Source: Octopus vulgaris (taxonomy: Eukaryota). From it: DNA of 64,000 nt. The DNA lies in assembly GCA_951406725.2 (NCBI GenBank), contig OX597820.1, positions 42,470,001 to 42,534,000 of the forward strand, read 5' to 3'. Below the pieces are notes generated by a model, which did no database searches, was not told where the DNA came from, and saw only the letters and a program-made list of their open reading frames with translations. The translations under genes and the position numbers were made by a program. Shown here one piece after another: positions 13,323 through 25,914 of the stretch. Position 1 is the first letter of the stretch; every line of letters starts with the position of its first letter.

Positions 13323-13840
13323 ACATTTTCAATTTGTTAACAGATAGGTAATTACACTTTAACTGAATGAAGCTCATTTTTGACCATGGGTTGTTAACAT
13401 AATTTAAAACAAATGGAGTTACGATTATATAACACTTGGAAGTCAGCAGTATGAAAAGGTATAACTTAGTTAAAAGTTGGTGTACTTAAAGCAGTACAAA
13501 ATATATTAATTTTCAAAATTTTCACACCGTATGGTAAAAAGAAATTAAAAACCTTTCAGAGGTGTTTAACGACTCTGTAGAAAGAAGGGAAATTATTCCA
13601 AAGGATTGAGAATTTTTTTTTTTAAGTTAATTCTATGCTACCGAATGAGTAGTCTCATTCTCCCGGAAGCGGAAACACAGGCGTGTACACATATATATGC
13701 ATGTAATTTGAGAGAGAGAGAAAGAGAGGGGGAGAGAGGACATCACTATAGGTACCGTTTCAAAGTACCTGCAAGTCATTATACACACACTTACCCTCAA
13801 AAACATATAGACAAACATACATACATACATACATACATAC

Positions 13841-13936
<96 letters not shown>

Positions 13937-15039
13937 GAGGTCCTAACAGAGTAGACATAGTATGATGTTTCTAATGCACGACGTAACACGAGATTTAGGC
14001 TAGGTACACTGTCGGATTCAAGACTAGTTGGTGTATGAATGATTTTTTCCAAGACTCCTGCAAGGCTAACGAAAGAATAACTGATGACCATGAAGATGGA
14101 AATATATGTGTGAGGGTATGCACTGAACAACCTGTGGTAAGGTAGCTGTTCAATCTGAAGTAAGAAAACCTTAGAATCTTGGATCAATTGCATTCGAATT
14201 CTTCCTCTACTCTTGGCTTTTGAACTCACTACTCCTAGCAAAAGTACTTGCATTCTTTTGAAAACCTGATCAACTACCCTAAAACCCATAAGTGAAAATG
14301 GAATGTTTTATAAATATCGCAACATGAATCTATTGCTGCTTCTAATACTTTTAGAAATAAACCTATTGTCATTGTTTTGGAAAAGTATGCACTCATCCAT
14401 TCAAATTCAGTATTTGTTTTGGAAAACTATTTGAAAAAGCGAAAAACCACTGAATTTAATCTCTACGTTTTCAATGATATCGGAACGGATTTGGGCCAAA
14501 ATGGTACATACTTAACATCTGAATGCGAAACAACATTTCCTCGAACTCAAAGTCTTTGCATCAATGGTCTTTTTGTGTATTATCTATTTCACTGAACGAT
14601 TGCAACAAAATCTAGATATTAGCGATAATAGAATTACACTTGTGCAATGAGCAAAGTTAGAGTAAATAAAACACAATATATCAGGCTAAGAGATATGGCA
14701 GTCAGTCAAATCTTTATTCTTTCAAAAAAGAAAGAAGGAAAGACAAAATAAAAGGAAGAAAGAAAACATCAGCTAATGCATTGGCAGTACCAAAAGTGAT
14801 ACCAACATGGTATGAATAATAGAGTTTCTCATCAAAAACGTGGAAGCAAAACACTTCGCATACCTTAAAAAAATATGTAAACACGAAGAGGGCCACAATA
14901 CTACCACATGTAATCAATAGTTGCCTGAAAATGTCATTAAGCTATTATCTTACCAGCAACATGATGTTCTTAAATCAAAACACAACGTGTTCCACAGAAA
15001 GAGCCTGCCGTGTGATATGAACAACAGCTCTGAAACATT

Positions 15040-15800
15040 ATGAATATTGGTGGAATATTCCCCGATATTGCACCCCTGATGTTGGTTACACATATTAATG
15101 ACTTAAGCGCCAACTTCAAGAATGTCAGTGTTGAAATATGAAGATGAAAAGCTGTACTTTGAGATAGAAATAACAGATCCTATACGCTGTAGATCTTTCC
15201 TGCATCGGACTTGGAGACAAAACGGCAATAGATTGCTGACTGGCAACTGAAGCTAGCTGTGAACAAGTGAACTATCATGCATTTTGGGAAGAACTTCCCA
15301 GCTGTTACAAACTCCCTTAACAACACTAATCCTAAGAGGTCTGCTGGTGAACGTGCCCTGAATATTATTGTCTACAGTGATTTGAGGTGAACAAACTATC
15401 GCTCTAAGTTTACCAAGAATTTTCAAGCTGTCTAAATCATACAGTAATATCTTAGTCAGACGCTCTCGACGTTTTGAATTCCAAAGGGCTAATACATTTG
15501 GACATGATTAAAAACTCAAAAGCAACACTACTCACATGACTTTTGGGAACAATTTTTCTCACTTAAAATTGATGAAGCGTGGAATGACCTATCTGCACCA
15601 GTGGTTGGCTGTCAGGAAACTGCATATTTCAAACCATACATGCTTTCTACTATTTGCCAACTCTACGTCTGATGACCCCTTCCCACATTTTAACGACTTA
15701 GTCTCTTCTCTTCCATATATAGCGTTCAGGTGCTTTTAGCTACTTTTTCTGAGAAGCTCTAATGCACCCGAGAACTGTATACAACAAGTCCCATTGTCAC
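15040..15800 (+). mobile_element. Decayed CR1/L2-group LINE reverse transcriptase C-terminal region
   Basis: Translates HINDL...LKYEDEKLYF...SDLE...DWQLKLAVNK*TIMHFGKNFP...ERALNIIVYSDLR, matching CR1-type YINDL/YADD.KLY/WQL.L...KC..MHFG/ERDLG.IV.SDL with stops and frameshifts. Confidence 0.75.
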
Positions 15801-16194
15801 TATATTATAACATGTTTATATAGATATTAGGTATTGAAAACAAATCATGTATAGGCACAGATGATAGCTTCCTGCACATATGCAAATCCTTCCAAAATCA
15901 ACACGGAGAATATTTCTTAAGAACTATTTCGAAGGCTGCACCTCATGTACGCTGATTATGCATTCACATGACCCGAGAATCATTGCTGCGATTGGTAATG
16001 TTAACAAATGTCAAAATGACTATTGGGAGGACTAGGATTTATGGGTAAGGAAAGTGACTAGCTAAACCTTACATACTTGAAGCACAGAGTTTATGAGTAG
16101 ATACATATGTGTGTGAGAGTGTGTGTGTGTGTGCATGCATGTAAGTGCATGAATATATATTTGAATGGATGAGTGCATGCTTTATACATATATA

Positions 16195-16615
16195 GGCGCA
16201 GGAGTGGCTGTGTGGTAAGTAGCTTGCTAACCAACCACATGGTTCCGGGTTCAGTCCCACTGCGTGGCATCTTGGGCAAGTGTCTTCTGCTATAGCCCCG
16301 GGCCGACCAATGCCTTGTGAGTGGATTTGGTAGACAGAAACTGAAAGAAGCCTGTCGTATATATGTATATATATATATATGTCTGTGTCTGTGTGTGTGT
16401 GTGTGTTTGTGTGTCTGTGTTTGTCCCCCTAGCATTGCTTGACAACCGATGCTGGTGTGTTTACGTCCCAGTCACTTAGCGGTTCGGCAAAAGAGACCGA
16501 TAGAATAAGTACTCGGCTTACAAAGAATAAGTCCCGGGGTCGATTTGCTCGACTAAAGGTGGTGCCCCAGCATGGCCGCAGTCAAATGACTGAAACAAGT
16601 AAAAGAGTAAAGAGT
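16195..16615 (+). mobile_element. Full-length young SINE family A (tRNA head + CORE-like domain + internal TA/TG microsatellite + 3' module)
   Basis: GGCGCAGGAGTGGCTGTGTGGTAAG (A box), GGTTCAGTCCC (B box), CTTGGGCAAGTG (CORE-like), ends CAGTCAAATGACTGAAACAAGTAAAAGAGT; more than 10 homologous copies in the window. Confidence 0.92.
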
Positions 16616-17068
16616 ATATGGATTTTCGTCATTCCTTCTTTTTAGCGTTAACCAATGAACCCAAATTGAAAACATATTCACACAAATGTATAATATCGAA
16701 ATTTGTGACTTGAAATTTATTTGTAACTCGCTGTTTGAAACACACTGATACGCTGAAGCACAAACATAATAAAACAAACATGGCTACCTACATCAGTTTT
16801 TATTTATTACGTTTGAGCTCCAATATTGTATATAATGCTATATGCGTGCCTCGAGAGCCAGAGAAACTAAATATAATATTATATTCAGCTTCGAAAATAT
16901 ACCTAAACAGTATTCGCATACACTTGCATAAATATATGTGCGTGTGTAAGAGGGAGCGTGCACACTGTATCCAGGATATACTCTGCATGTTCCTGTTCGT
17001 TTTTGATACAAAAATTGTATTGTCTAACAAGTTGTTTATTTGAAATATATATGCCCACACACACACAT

Positions 17069-17234
<166 letters not shown>

Positions 17235-17605
17235 TTGTGTCTGTGTCTGTGCATGTGTGTGTGTGCGAGTGTGTGCATGTGAGTGTTTGAATGTGTACAC
17301 AGTTATATAATCCATGTTCTGACACTTTTATGTTTATTTCTTTCGAGATAAAATTAATCAATCGAAGATATTTCAGTCGACTTCAAGGTAAATAAGAAAC
17401 AGAATTATAGAAATATGAGAGGAGAAAACATTACATGTGTGTAAGTATGTGTGTGTGCGTGTGTATTCTGGGTGTGAGTGTGTTGTGTGTTGGGTGTGGC
17501 TGTGTGTAATTTACATGCAGACGCATATACATATACATATACATATATATTATACACATAGCTATCTATCTGTCTATCTATTTATCTACACACACACACA
17601 CACAC

Positions 17606-17640
<35 letters not shown>

Positions 17641-18121
17641 CAAATTGCTCGGGTTCAGATACAGAAACATGGAAACTCTGCGTCACCGTCAAAATATGTT
17701 TGGTATCTGAAAAACAGCAGTACCTAGGAACATACCACCAATTGCATATTGAAGTACGAGAGAAATCTTGCCCCGGATGTATTTCAAGAAGCAACATGTG
17801 TATCAGAAATATTAAACACCTGAACAACAACCGACATCTTGAACTCGAGAGTATAATCAGTCACCCCTTGCATGCATACGAGAAGGTATAAACTGCAATA
17901 ATCCCAGTAGATGAATTCCTATATCTTATAACACAGATTTCTAACCGGAGTTGCTCCTCTCACAAGGTAAGATAGCTAAACGCGTCATTAGTGTCATCAC
18001 CAAGACGATCATCATCATCATCAGCAGCAGCAGCAGCAGTAGCAGCAGTGAATGTCACTATTAGATTTCTACTACCTTGGTTATTATTATTATTATTATT
18101 GTTGTTATTATTATTATTATT

Positions 18122-18156
<35 letters not shown>

Positions 18157-18877
18157 ATTTTGACTTTTGCTTTACATTTGTACAAGTTGGCTCCAATTCT
18201 CATCCAGAGACCTCAAGAGGCAATAAGTTGAAAGTTCATGTTGGTGTTATGCCTAGGGTTTGTATATTTGGTTTTGTACATAGGGTTGTTCTAGTGAATG
18301 TTTAAGAAACCATAAGAAAATTACGTTTGTTTTTAAACTTGGGATTACATAGAAAGTATTTTGTGTAGAATGTGAGCAGTTCCCATGAGCACTATGTTTT
18401 GAATTTCTGCCATTTTGGGGTTTCCTGGTATCTGAGCTGTCATCAAGGCACCTATGACAACAGGTACGTCTTCAGGTAAGTCTTCAGGTTCCATATTTTG
18501 CAAATTTCTATTTCAAGATCTTCATATTTGCTCAGTTTTTGGTAGGTCTTGACATCGATGGGGACGGTCATATTAATGGAATGTTCAACGAAACACGCAT
18601 ATTTCCGAATGTGAATTATTCAAATCCCAAAGAATTCCTCTCAACACACTGCTATAATACCCCCTCCACTACTTCTGCTCGTGATCAGAGATGCATATAT
18701 CGTTAGCCACCAAGGGGCATACTCAACTGGTTAAGGTCAACTGATAAGCAAATATGTGGTACTGAACAAAATATTTGCTTTAGCACATGTTTTTATACCA
18801 ATCTAAGCATGTACATGATGACACTTCCAATTATTTAAGATCAGAAGCCATGAGAGCAAGTGCCTGGTACTGCATCT
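18157..18877 (-). mobile_element. Short internally deleted R4/Dong-type non-LTR element
   Basis: Minus strand: INMTVPIDVKTYQKLSKYEDLEIEICKIWNLKT...PVVIGAL...IPGNPKMAEIQNIVLMGTAHILHKILSM*, the C-terminus of a restriction-like endonuclease. The 3' UTR runs into an (AAC)/(AAT)n array. The upstream ~280 bp non-coding leader is assigned to the element by position only. Confidence 0.8.
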
Positions 18878-18880
18878 ATC

Positions 18881-19330
18881 ATTATTATTTTGCTTTTAAT
18901 CTGCATATTTCTTACAGTCAATTGCCGAAACACAGCCTGCGACCTAGGGCGAGTGAATGATAAGAGATGTTACAGTTTGACTGAAAGCTTGAGGAGGGGA
19001 CAGTAGCGAAATATCTTCATGTAATACAACACGTACATTTAAATGTATAGGGTTTTTCTAAGGATGTGGGCAGTACTTGTCAGCAGAATCGTTCGGATTT
19101 CTCTGAGACTAGTTAACGATGTAGATTTTAAAATATCTTTAACATATGAATATAAACAAATTACAGAAGACTCCCACCAATTGAAATAAAAAGGATCGAA
19201 ACCATTACAGGTAAACAGCAAGCTGATTGGTTAAAATAAAGATGGGATCTATGCCAGTAATATCGGTGCACCTGGCAAACCGTGACATTTAAGCTGCATG
19301 CGGAATGGTGAAAACCGTATTCGGAAAATT
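18881..19330 (-). mobile_element. Second R4/Dong-type 3' fragment
   Basis: ORF 19039-19221 ends SLREIRTILLTSTAHILRKTLYI* (L..TAHILRK.L motif); the 3' UTR ends in AATAATAAT at about 18881. Confidence 0.7.
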
Positions 19331-19592
19331 CAGCTTAGTGGAGCCTTCTAAGAGGTATAAAAAGGAAGAAGTAAGTCCTTTTACTCAACTGTCAGTTAAA
19401 TACATTTTGAAAGTTGATGATTGCTACGAACGTATCGAAGCGCTAATAGAACTTTATGAACATCAGAAAATATTGTTTTAATTTTTAATACACTCCAACA
19501 TTGTAAAAAGATTTCTTTTAAATACAACAGCAAAAAAAAAAAAAAACGTGAAAATCAGACCATTGTTTAACTTTATTCAACTGAGAAATATA

Positions 19593-19882
19593 TTCTATTT
19601 CTTTCAGTCATTTGACTGCGGCCATGCTGGAGCACCACCTTTAGCTGAGCAAATCAACCTCAAGACTTACTCTATCGGTGTCTTTTGCCGAACCGCTAAG
19701 TTACGGGGATGTAAACACACCAGCATAGGTTGTCAAGCGATGTTGAGAGGACAAGCACAAACACACTAGCATGCACACACACACACAGACATATATATAT
19801 ATATATATATATATACGACGGGCTTCTTTCAGTTTCCGTCTTCCAAATCCACTCACAAGGCTTTGATCGGCCCAAGGCTATA
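19593..19882 (-). mobile_element. SINE family A, 5'-truncated
   Basis: Reverse complement of the tail (TTTCAGTCATTTGACTGCGGCCATGCTGGAGCACC) through CCAAATCCACTCACAAGGCTTTG. Confidence 0.9.
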
Positions 19883-19911
19883 TATTTTTATATATATATA
19901 TATATATGTAT

Positions 19912-20121
19912 AGGGAAAGTTTACGAAAAAAACAAAAGACGAAGACGGGTGGTGTACAAAACAAACAGATGTATTAGTATAGCGCTCAGGAATAGAAAAA
20001 TGTCTTGTACATTTCGATCCTACGCTCTTCTACACAAAGGGACACAGAAAAAACAAGGAGAGAAAAAAAAGGAGAGAAAAAAGGAGAGAGAGAAATGTGT
20101 GTAGTGGCTAATGATCTATCA
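19912..20121 (-). mobile_element. Penelope-like pseudo-LTR module with decayed hammerhead
   Basis: Minus strand CTTT-GTGTAGA-A-GAGCGTAGGATC-GAAA-TG-TA-CAAG, then TTCCTGAGCG...AATAC; collinear with the module at 29241-29443; TA-rich flanks. Confidence 0.55.
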
Positions 20122-20467
20122 TATCTATATATATATTACATGAAATTCCATCTCACAAGTGACAGTCCGAACCATTGTCTCCCATTCAACTTATAAGCAA
20201 TTTTATCTTATTCGCTTTTTTTTTTTTACTTCATATTAAATTATAAATTAAACAAGAATGCTCAATCTGGCTTATTTCCCTTTAAACGACCTTTCTTTCT
20301 CTTTTACTTACTTTCTCATTTTCTATGTCCTTATTTCCCCTAACATCGTTTTTATATATTTTATATATTTTCATTCTTGTTTTTTGTCTTCCAACACCTC
20401 CAACTCCACGCCACAATAGAAATCATTTATATAGATAGATGGATAGATAGATAGATAGATAGATATG

Positions 20468-20790
20468 TTTCTTTATTAGCCACACAGGGCTGCACACAGA
20501 CAGGACAAAATTACAAGGTAGAGCTTTTCTTTTGGTTTTCGATCGAAAGGGATCGTAAATGGAAAGAAAGAGGACAAAATAAGGGGGGGGTATAATTTTA
20601 AAAAAAAGGTGGGGTAAGGAAAAAAATTTGATCAATAGGGATCGTTATCACAGAAATGTCAATATGAAGTGTAAAGGGGAGGACAGGTGAGGTTTACCCG
20701 TGGAAAGAAAAGCCTACGGAAAAGACCACGGTAACCTCGGTCAATGAAGTCATATGTTATATTTCTTATTTTTGCAAATAAGCAACTCTC
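20468..20790 (-). mobile_element. LINE-like 3' UTR fragment (possibly L1/Tx1 group) inserted in (GATA)n
   Basis: Minus strand ends CCCTGTGTGGCTAATAAAGAAA (polyA signal at the terminus) and has (GATA)n on both sides. The terminal 41 bp are shared with the SINE at 56150. Clade assignment is an inference. Confidence 0.55.
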
Positions 20791-20879
<89 letters not shown>

Positions 20880-20967
20880 TGAAAGTATATGTATATAACT
20901 CCAGTATAGAAAAACATTAACTCCAGCCAAATAATATCATATATATTTATAATTTAATACACATATG

Positions 20968-21340
20968 GGTGCAGGTGTGGCAGTTTGGTAAGAAACTTGC
21001 TTCTCAACGATATCGTTTCGGGTTCAGTTCCATTGCGTGGCACCTTTGGCGACTATCGTCGACTATTACTTCGGGTCGACGAAATCTTTGTCAGTGGATT
21101 TGGTAGACGGAAACTGCAATAATCTCGTCGTGTGTGTTTTTGTCCCCCCATCACCATTTGACAAACGATGTTTATGTATTTATGTCCCGTAACTTAGCTT
21201 TTCGGCAAAGAGTACGATCGAATACGGAATGGGCTTACGAAAACATGCTGGTATCGATTTGTTCGAATATAACTCTTCAAGACGCTGCTCCAGCATGGCC
21301 ACAGTCTAATGACTGAAACAAAAAGAAAGATAAGATAAAA
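20968..21340 (+). mobile_element. SINE family A, older full-length copy
   Basis: GGTGCAGGTGTGGC...GGGTTCAGTTCC...GTGGATTTGGTAGACGGAAACTG...TGCTCCAGCATGGCCACAGTCTAATGACTGAAAC. Confidence 0.88.
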
Positions 21341-21416
21341 TATATGTGTATTTTTATGGTGGATGTAGACGTGAATGTGTGTATGTGTGTATATATATAT
21401 ATACATACATACATAC

Positions 21417-21504
<88 letters not shown>

Positions 21505-21629
21505 AAATACAAACGCGCACGTGTGCACACATACATACACATACATATATGTATATGTATATCGTACATTTATATATATATACATATTTTTATATGTATT
21601 CATATATTTATGTACATATATACATACAT

Positions 21630-21678
<49 letters not shown>

Positions 21679-22247
21679 TAGAGAGAGAGAAAGAAAGACA
21701 GAGAGAGAAAGACGCAGAGAACGAGGGATGGTGTGACGATATATGGGAGAGGAAACAGAAGTTTAAGATGTCACTAATACTTATTGTTCTCAAATATTCT
21801 CACATTTTTGTTGCTCCTTTTGACTTCTTTTTCTACATGGTTGATTTCTGCGATAGATGGAAAAATACAACTATATAGAACAGCGTTCGCTGTGTTGAAA
21901 CATGAGAATTTACAGCTCAACTCCCCAGTAAAAATTTCGTTTGACAATTATCACTAAAATTGACATTAATAACAAAGAATTTTAGCCGTTGGTCTCTAAG
22001 CCAATTTGGTATACCACATGATTTTAATTCAGCAGTATTATTTTGAATTACTGTAGTAGTATCTGAAATGCTTTTACATGCTTCCAGAACTGTTTGATAT
22101 AGTTCTTCTGAATCTCTTTGAAATCATAACCCTATTATGTCCGAATTACGGTACACATTATATATATTGATGACCTGTTGATGTGGTGTTTTCCGCTCGC
22201 ATATTGCTTATTATCTATAATCAAGTGTAAAGGAAACAGCTGTAAAA

Positions 22248-22403
22248 GAGAAGCTGTATGTAAGAAGTTTGCTTCCCAAACACAGAGCTCCGGGTTCAGT
22301 CCAACTGCGTGGCACCCTGGGCAAATGTCTTTTACTATATCCTCGGCTTTATCAAAGCCTTGTAAGTGCATTTGGTTACGGAGTCTGTTGGAATCTCGTT
22401 GTA

Positions 22404-22469
<66 letters not shown>

Positions 22470-22697
22470 TGAGTATGTCTTCGTGTCTGCTTGTCCCTCA
22501 CCATCGCTTGATAACCGGCTTTCGTATATTTACACCCCAGTAACTTACCAGTTTGGCAAAGAGAGAGATAGAGCAGGTACTAGACTTCAAAATAAATATG
22601 TACTACGATAAATTTAGTTCGACTAAAAACTTGCCGAAGGCGGTGCACCAGCATCACCACAGTTTAATGACTGACACAAGTGAAATAATAAAAGAAT
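22248..22697 (+). mobile_element. SINE family A, older copy
   Basis: CCGGGTTCAGTCCAACTGCGTGGCACCCTGGGCAAATGTC head, internal (TA)n, tail GGCGGTGCACCAGCAT...AATGACTGA. Confidence 0.85.
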
Positions 22698-22779
22698 ATA
22701 TTTCACATCCAAAGTAAAAATATGCTTAGATAAGATGTAACTTCCTGCTTATAGAACATTATAAGTTCAGATAAGTTCA

Positions 22780-23195
22780 GGCGCAGGAGTGGCTGCGTGG
22801 TAAGTAGTTGCTTACCAACCTAATGGTTCCGGGTTCAGTCCCACTGCATGGCACCTTGGGCAAGTGTCTTCTATTATAGCCTCGGGCCGACCAAATCCTT
22901 CTGAGTGGATTTGGTAGACGGAAACTGAAAGAAGCCCGTCGTATACATGTATATATATATATGTGTGCGTGTATGTTTGTGTGTCTGTGTTTGTCCCCCT
23001 AGCATTGCTTGACAACCGATGCTGGTGTGTTTATGTCCCCGTCACTTAGCGGTTCGGCAAAAGAGACCGATAGAATAAGTACTGGGCTTACAAAGAATAA
23101 GTCCCGGGGTCGAGTTGCTCGATTAAAGGTGGTGCTCCAGCATGGCCGCAGTCAAATGACTGAAACAAATAAAAGAAAAAAAAGAAAAAAAGAAT
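22780..23195 (+). mobile_element. SINE family A, young full-length copy
   Basis: Near-identical to 16195-16615. Confidence 0.92.
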
Positions 23196-23304
23196 ATTAA
23201 GGGAGGGCTTATGATTTCTTTCTCTTTGGATTATCCAATCGCTATGGTAATTTTCTTTTACTGAAAGATATGCTATTTGACATTCCGATAAAGGAAATCA
23301 GGCA

Positions 23305-23348
<44 letters not shown>

Positions 23349-23409
23349 AACTCACACACACACGCATACACACAAACTCACACACACACGCATACACACA
23401 CACACACAC

Positions 23410-23467
<58 letters not shown>

Positions 23468-23511
23468 GCGCACACTCATATATGTTGGTTGGTGCTTGAG
23501 TGTAAATCTGT

Positions 23512-23947
23512 TTTTATTCCTTTATCCTTTTACTTCTCTCAGTCAACCATGAAGAAATTTGATTTTAAAAATCGACACAAGGACTTATCTAGGCTTTAGC
23601 CTAGCACTTATTCTATCGGTTCTTTTGACGAACAGCTATGTTACTGCACGTAAACGCATCAACAACGGTTGTCAAGGGGTGACTGGGGAACAAACACGCA
23701 CACACAAACACACACACACAAACACACACACAAACAAACACACATACATATATAAATATGTGTATGTGTGTGTGTGTGTGTGTGTGCGTGTGTGTGTGAG
23801 TGTGTGTGTGCGTGTTGGGCTTCTTTCAGGTTCCGTCTACCAAATCCACTCACAATCCGGAGGCTATAGTAGAAGTTGCTCGCCCAAGTTTCCACACAAC
23901 CATGTGGTTGGGAAACATGCTTCTTAACATACAGCCACACCTGCGCC
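23512..23947 (-). mobile_element. SINE family A, diverged, inverted relative to its neighbour
   Basis: Plus strand CTAGCACTTATTCTATCGGT...GGTTGTCAAG...TTCCGTCTACCAAATCCACTCACAA...ACAGCCACACCTGCGCC. Confidence 0.85.
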
Positions 23948-23978
23948 TATACATTTTAAAATTCTTTTTGACCATTAT

Positions 23979-24162
23979 GAGGCGATCAGGCAGAATCATT
24001 TAAAGTCCAAATTCCGAGTTCCAAGTTCACCGATGACGACTAAGACTTACATTACTTCGATGTCGATAAAATAAGTGCCAGTTTAATACTGAGGTCGAGA
24101 TAATCGACTTAACCCCTGCCCAGAAACTGCTGGCCTTGTGCCAAAATTTGAAATCAATATTA
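23979..24162 (+). mobile_element. SINE family B
   Basis: GGCAGAATC...GTCGATAAAATAAGTGCCAGT...GGTCGAGATAATCGACT...GGCCTTGTGCCAAAATTTGAAATCAATATT. Confidence 0.78.
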
Positions 24163-24519
24163 CCAAATTAAGAAGTAACTAAAGCTCATTTCAAACATTC
24201 AATTGCTCATCACCTGTATAGAGGTTTCAGCTTAACGGGTTTCTTCAGTCAATGAAATTTCTCTATGAAAAGTTTTTTGGATTCATTGAAGAAATATATC
24301 TTTTAAAAAGTTACATTTGAAGGAAAAGTTCATTATCATTACCTAACAATTGTGTACGTAATAATTAGATCTATGCTACAACGAGTTAAATGGCGTTCGA
24401 CAAAAAAAAAAAAAAAATACTGGATTTCCACAGCACGATTTCAGCAGAAGTGACTCCCTTTTTTAAGTACAACTCTAAAACATATTTTTTTATAAATTTT
24501 AATGGCGATATTACCTCCT

Positions 24520-24657
24520 TAACCCAATTACACCAAGGTTTATTTTGCCTCTCATCTTTTCGAAATCGATTAAATAAACGCCAATTTGAGCTCTGGAGTC
24601 GATGTAATCAACTATCCCCTCCCCCAAACTTCAGCCCTTGTGCCTCTAGAAGAACAG

Positions 24658-24660
<3 letters not shown>
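24520..24660 (+). mobile_element. SINE family B 3' fragment running into an (ATT)n array
   Basis: TTTGCCTCTCATCTTTTCGAAATCGAT...CTGGAGTCGATGTAATCAACT...CCTTGTGCCTCTAGAAGAACAGATTATT. Confidence 0.7.
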
Positions 24661-24713
<53 letters not shown>

Positions 24714-24722
24714 TACTACTAC

Positions 24723-24807
<85 letters not shown>

Positions 24808-24830
24808 GGTGGTGGTGGTGGTGGTGGTGG
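24658..24830. repeat. Compound trinucleotide array (ATT)n(ACT)n(AGT)n(GGT)n
   Basis: Directly visible. Confidence 0.97.
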
Positions 24831-25240
24831 CTTATCACAACGTTTTTTAATAATCCATTTAGTCCAACTCATAATGTTTCAAATAGTTTCAAATTTCGCA
24901 CTTGATCGTAGGAGTTTAAGTAAAGGAACTGCATCATATGTATTACTGTTGCATTTTTCATATCCCAATCGCAATGAAAACCAAAAGGCAGCTTGAAAAG
25001 ATTTAGAAAATCGGACGTTGAGAACAGTGATTTTCTAAAATTGACAGAGACTCTCTCTTTTGCTGTAGATGATAGTGGATTATATCGACGTCAATTCTTA
25101 ACTGGTTTTATTTTGTAGAACCCGAAAAAAAATTTAAAACATCACCTAATGCCGACGGTAACTGAACCGAAAATATATATAGATATAACGAGATATATGA
25201 TATTTTCACCCAATCATCTGGATTTGCTACTCGAAATGCT

Positions 25241-25293
<53 letters not shown>

Positions 25294-25494
25294 TTTCATT
25301 GTTGTCGTCAAATGCAGGTATAATTGTTGGTGTCCCAAGTCAGTTTAGAGCAGATCTACTCACAGGAAAAGAGGTTTTTTTCTGCCATTTCTTACAATTT
25401 AAACGCCGATTTACAAACTCCCCACCCCGACTCGTTGACACGTTTGTTATATATATGCATACAGAGAGACAGAGACGGAGACAGGGAGTGAATC

Positions 25495-25626
<132 letters not shown>

Positions 25627-25706
25627 GCATATACGCTGGCAAGTAAGTTCTAGTTAATACATCCGAAACGTGTCCGAAGTTATCTCCCGTATTAGCTGAA
25701 ATTCAA

Positions 25707-25914
25707 TACAGCGGGTGTTACGTTCGAAACCCCACCTGCCGATAGGTGAAAATCTGCGAAGTAGAAATAGTACCGTATATATTTTGTAATTATTTTTAGA
25801 AGTTGTATATTATTTATTTTATTATAACTGCAAAACAACACCACGGAGAAATCGACGTAAACTTAAATAATAAATTACTATAGGTGAACAGCGATATGGC
25901 GAGGGATTTGTCTA
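25707..25914. mobile_element. Tigger/pogo-derived MITE remnant
   Basis: Left GCGGGTGTTACGTTCGAAACCCC...CGATAGGTGAAAATCTGCGAAGTA and right AGGTGAACAGCGATATGGCGAGGGAT resemble Tigger-type termini and subterminal repeats. Confidence 0.55.

Noticed and set aside
13633-14289. 218 aa minus-strand ORF
   Set aside because: Half is microsatellite and the remainder has no recognisable motif or convincing splice context.
16195-16270. tRNA genes at SINE heads
   Set aside because: A/B-box-like motifs are present, but there is no complete cloverleaf and each is embedded in a SINE body.
16540-16615. SINE A tail as a hammerhead relic (CAGTC/GACTG-AAAC-AA-GTA), with CTGATGA...TGCTCCAGCAT at 1744-1766
   Set aside because: No CTGANGA in any SINE copy and no GAAA half at 1744. 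An 11 bp match is expected by chance at this search size, and a LINE-type stem-loop plus tandem tail is the simpler explanation.
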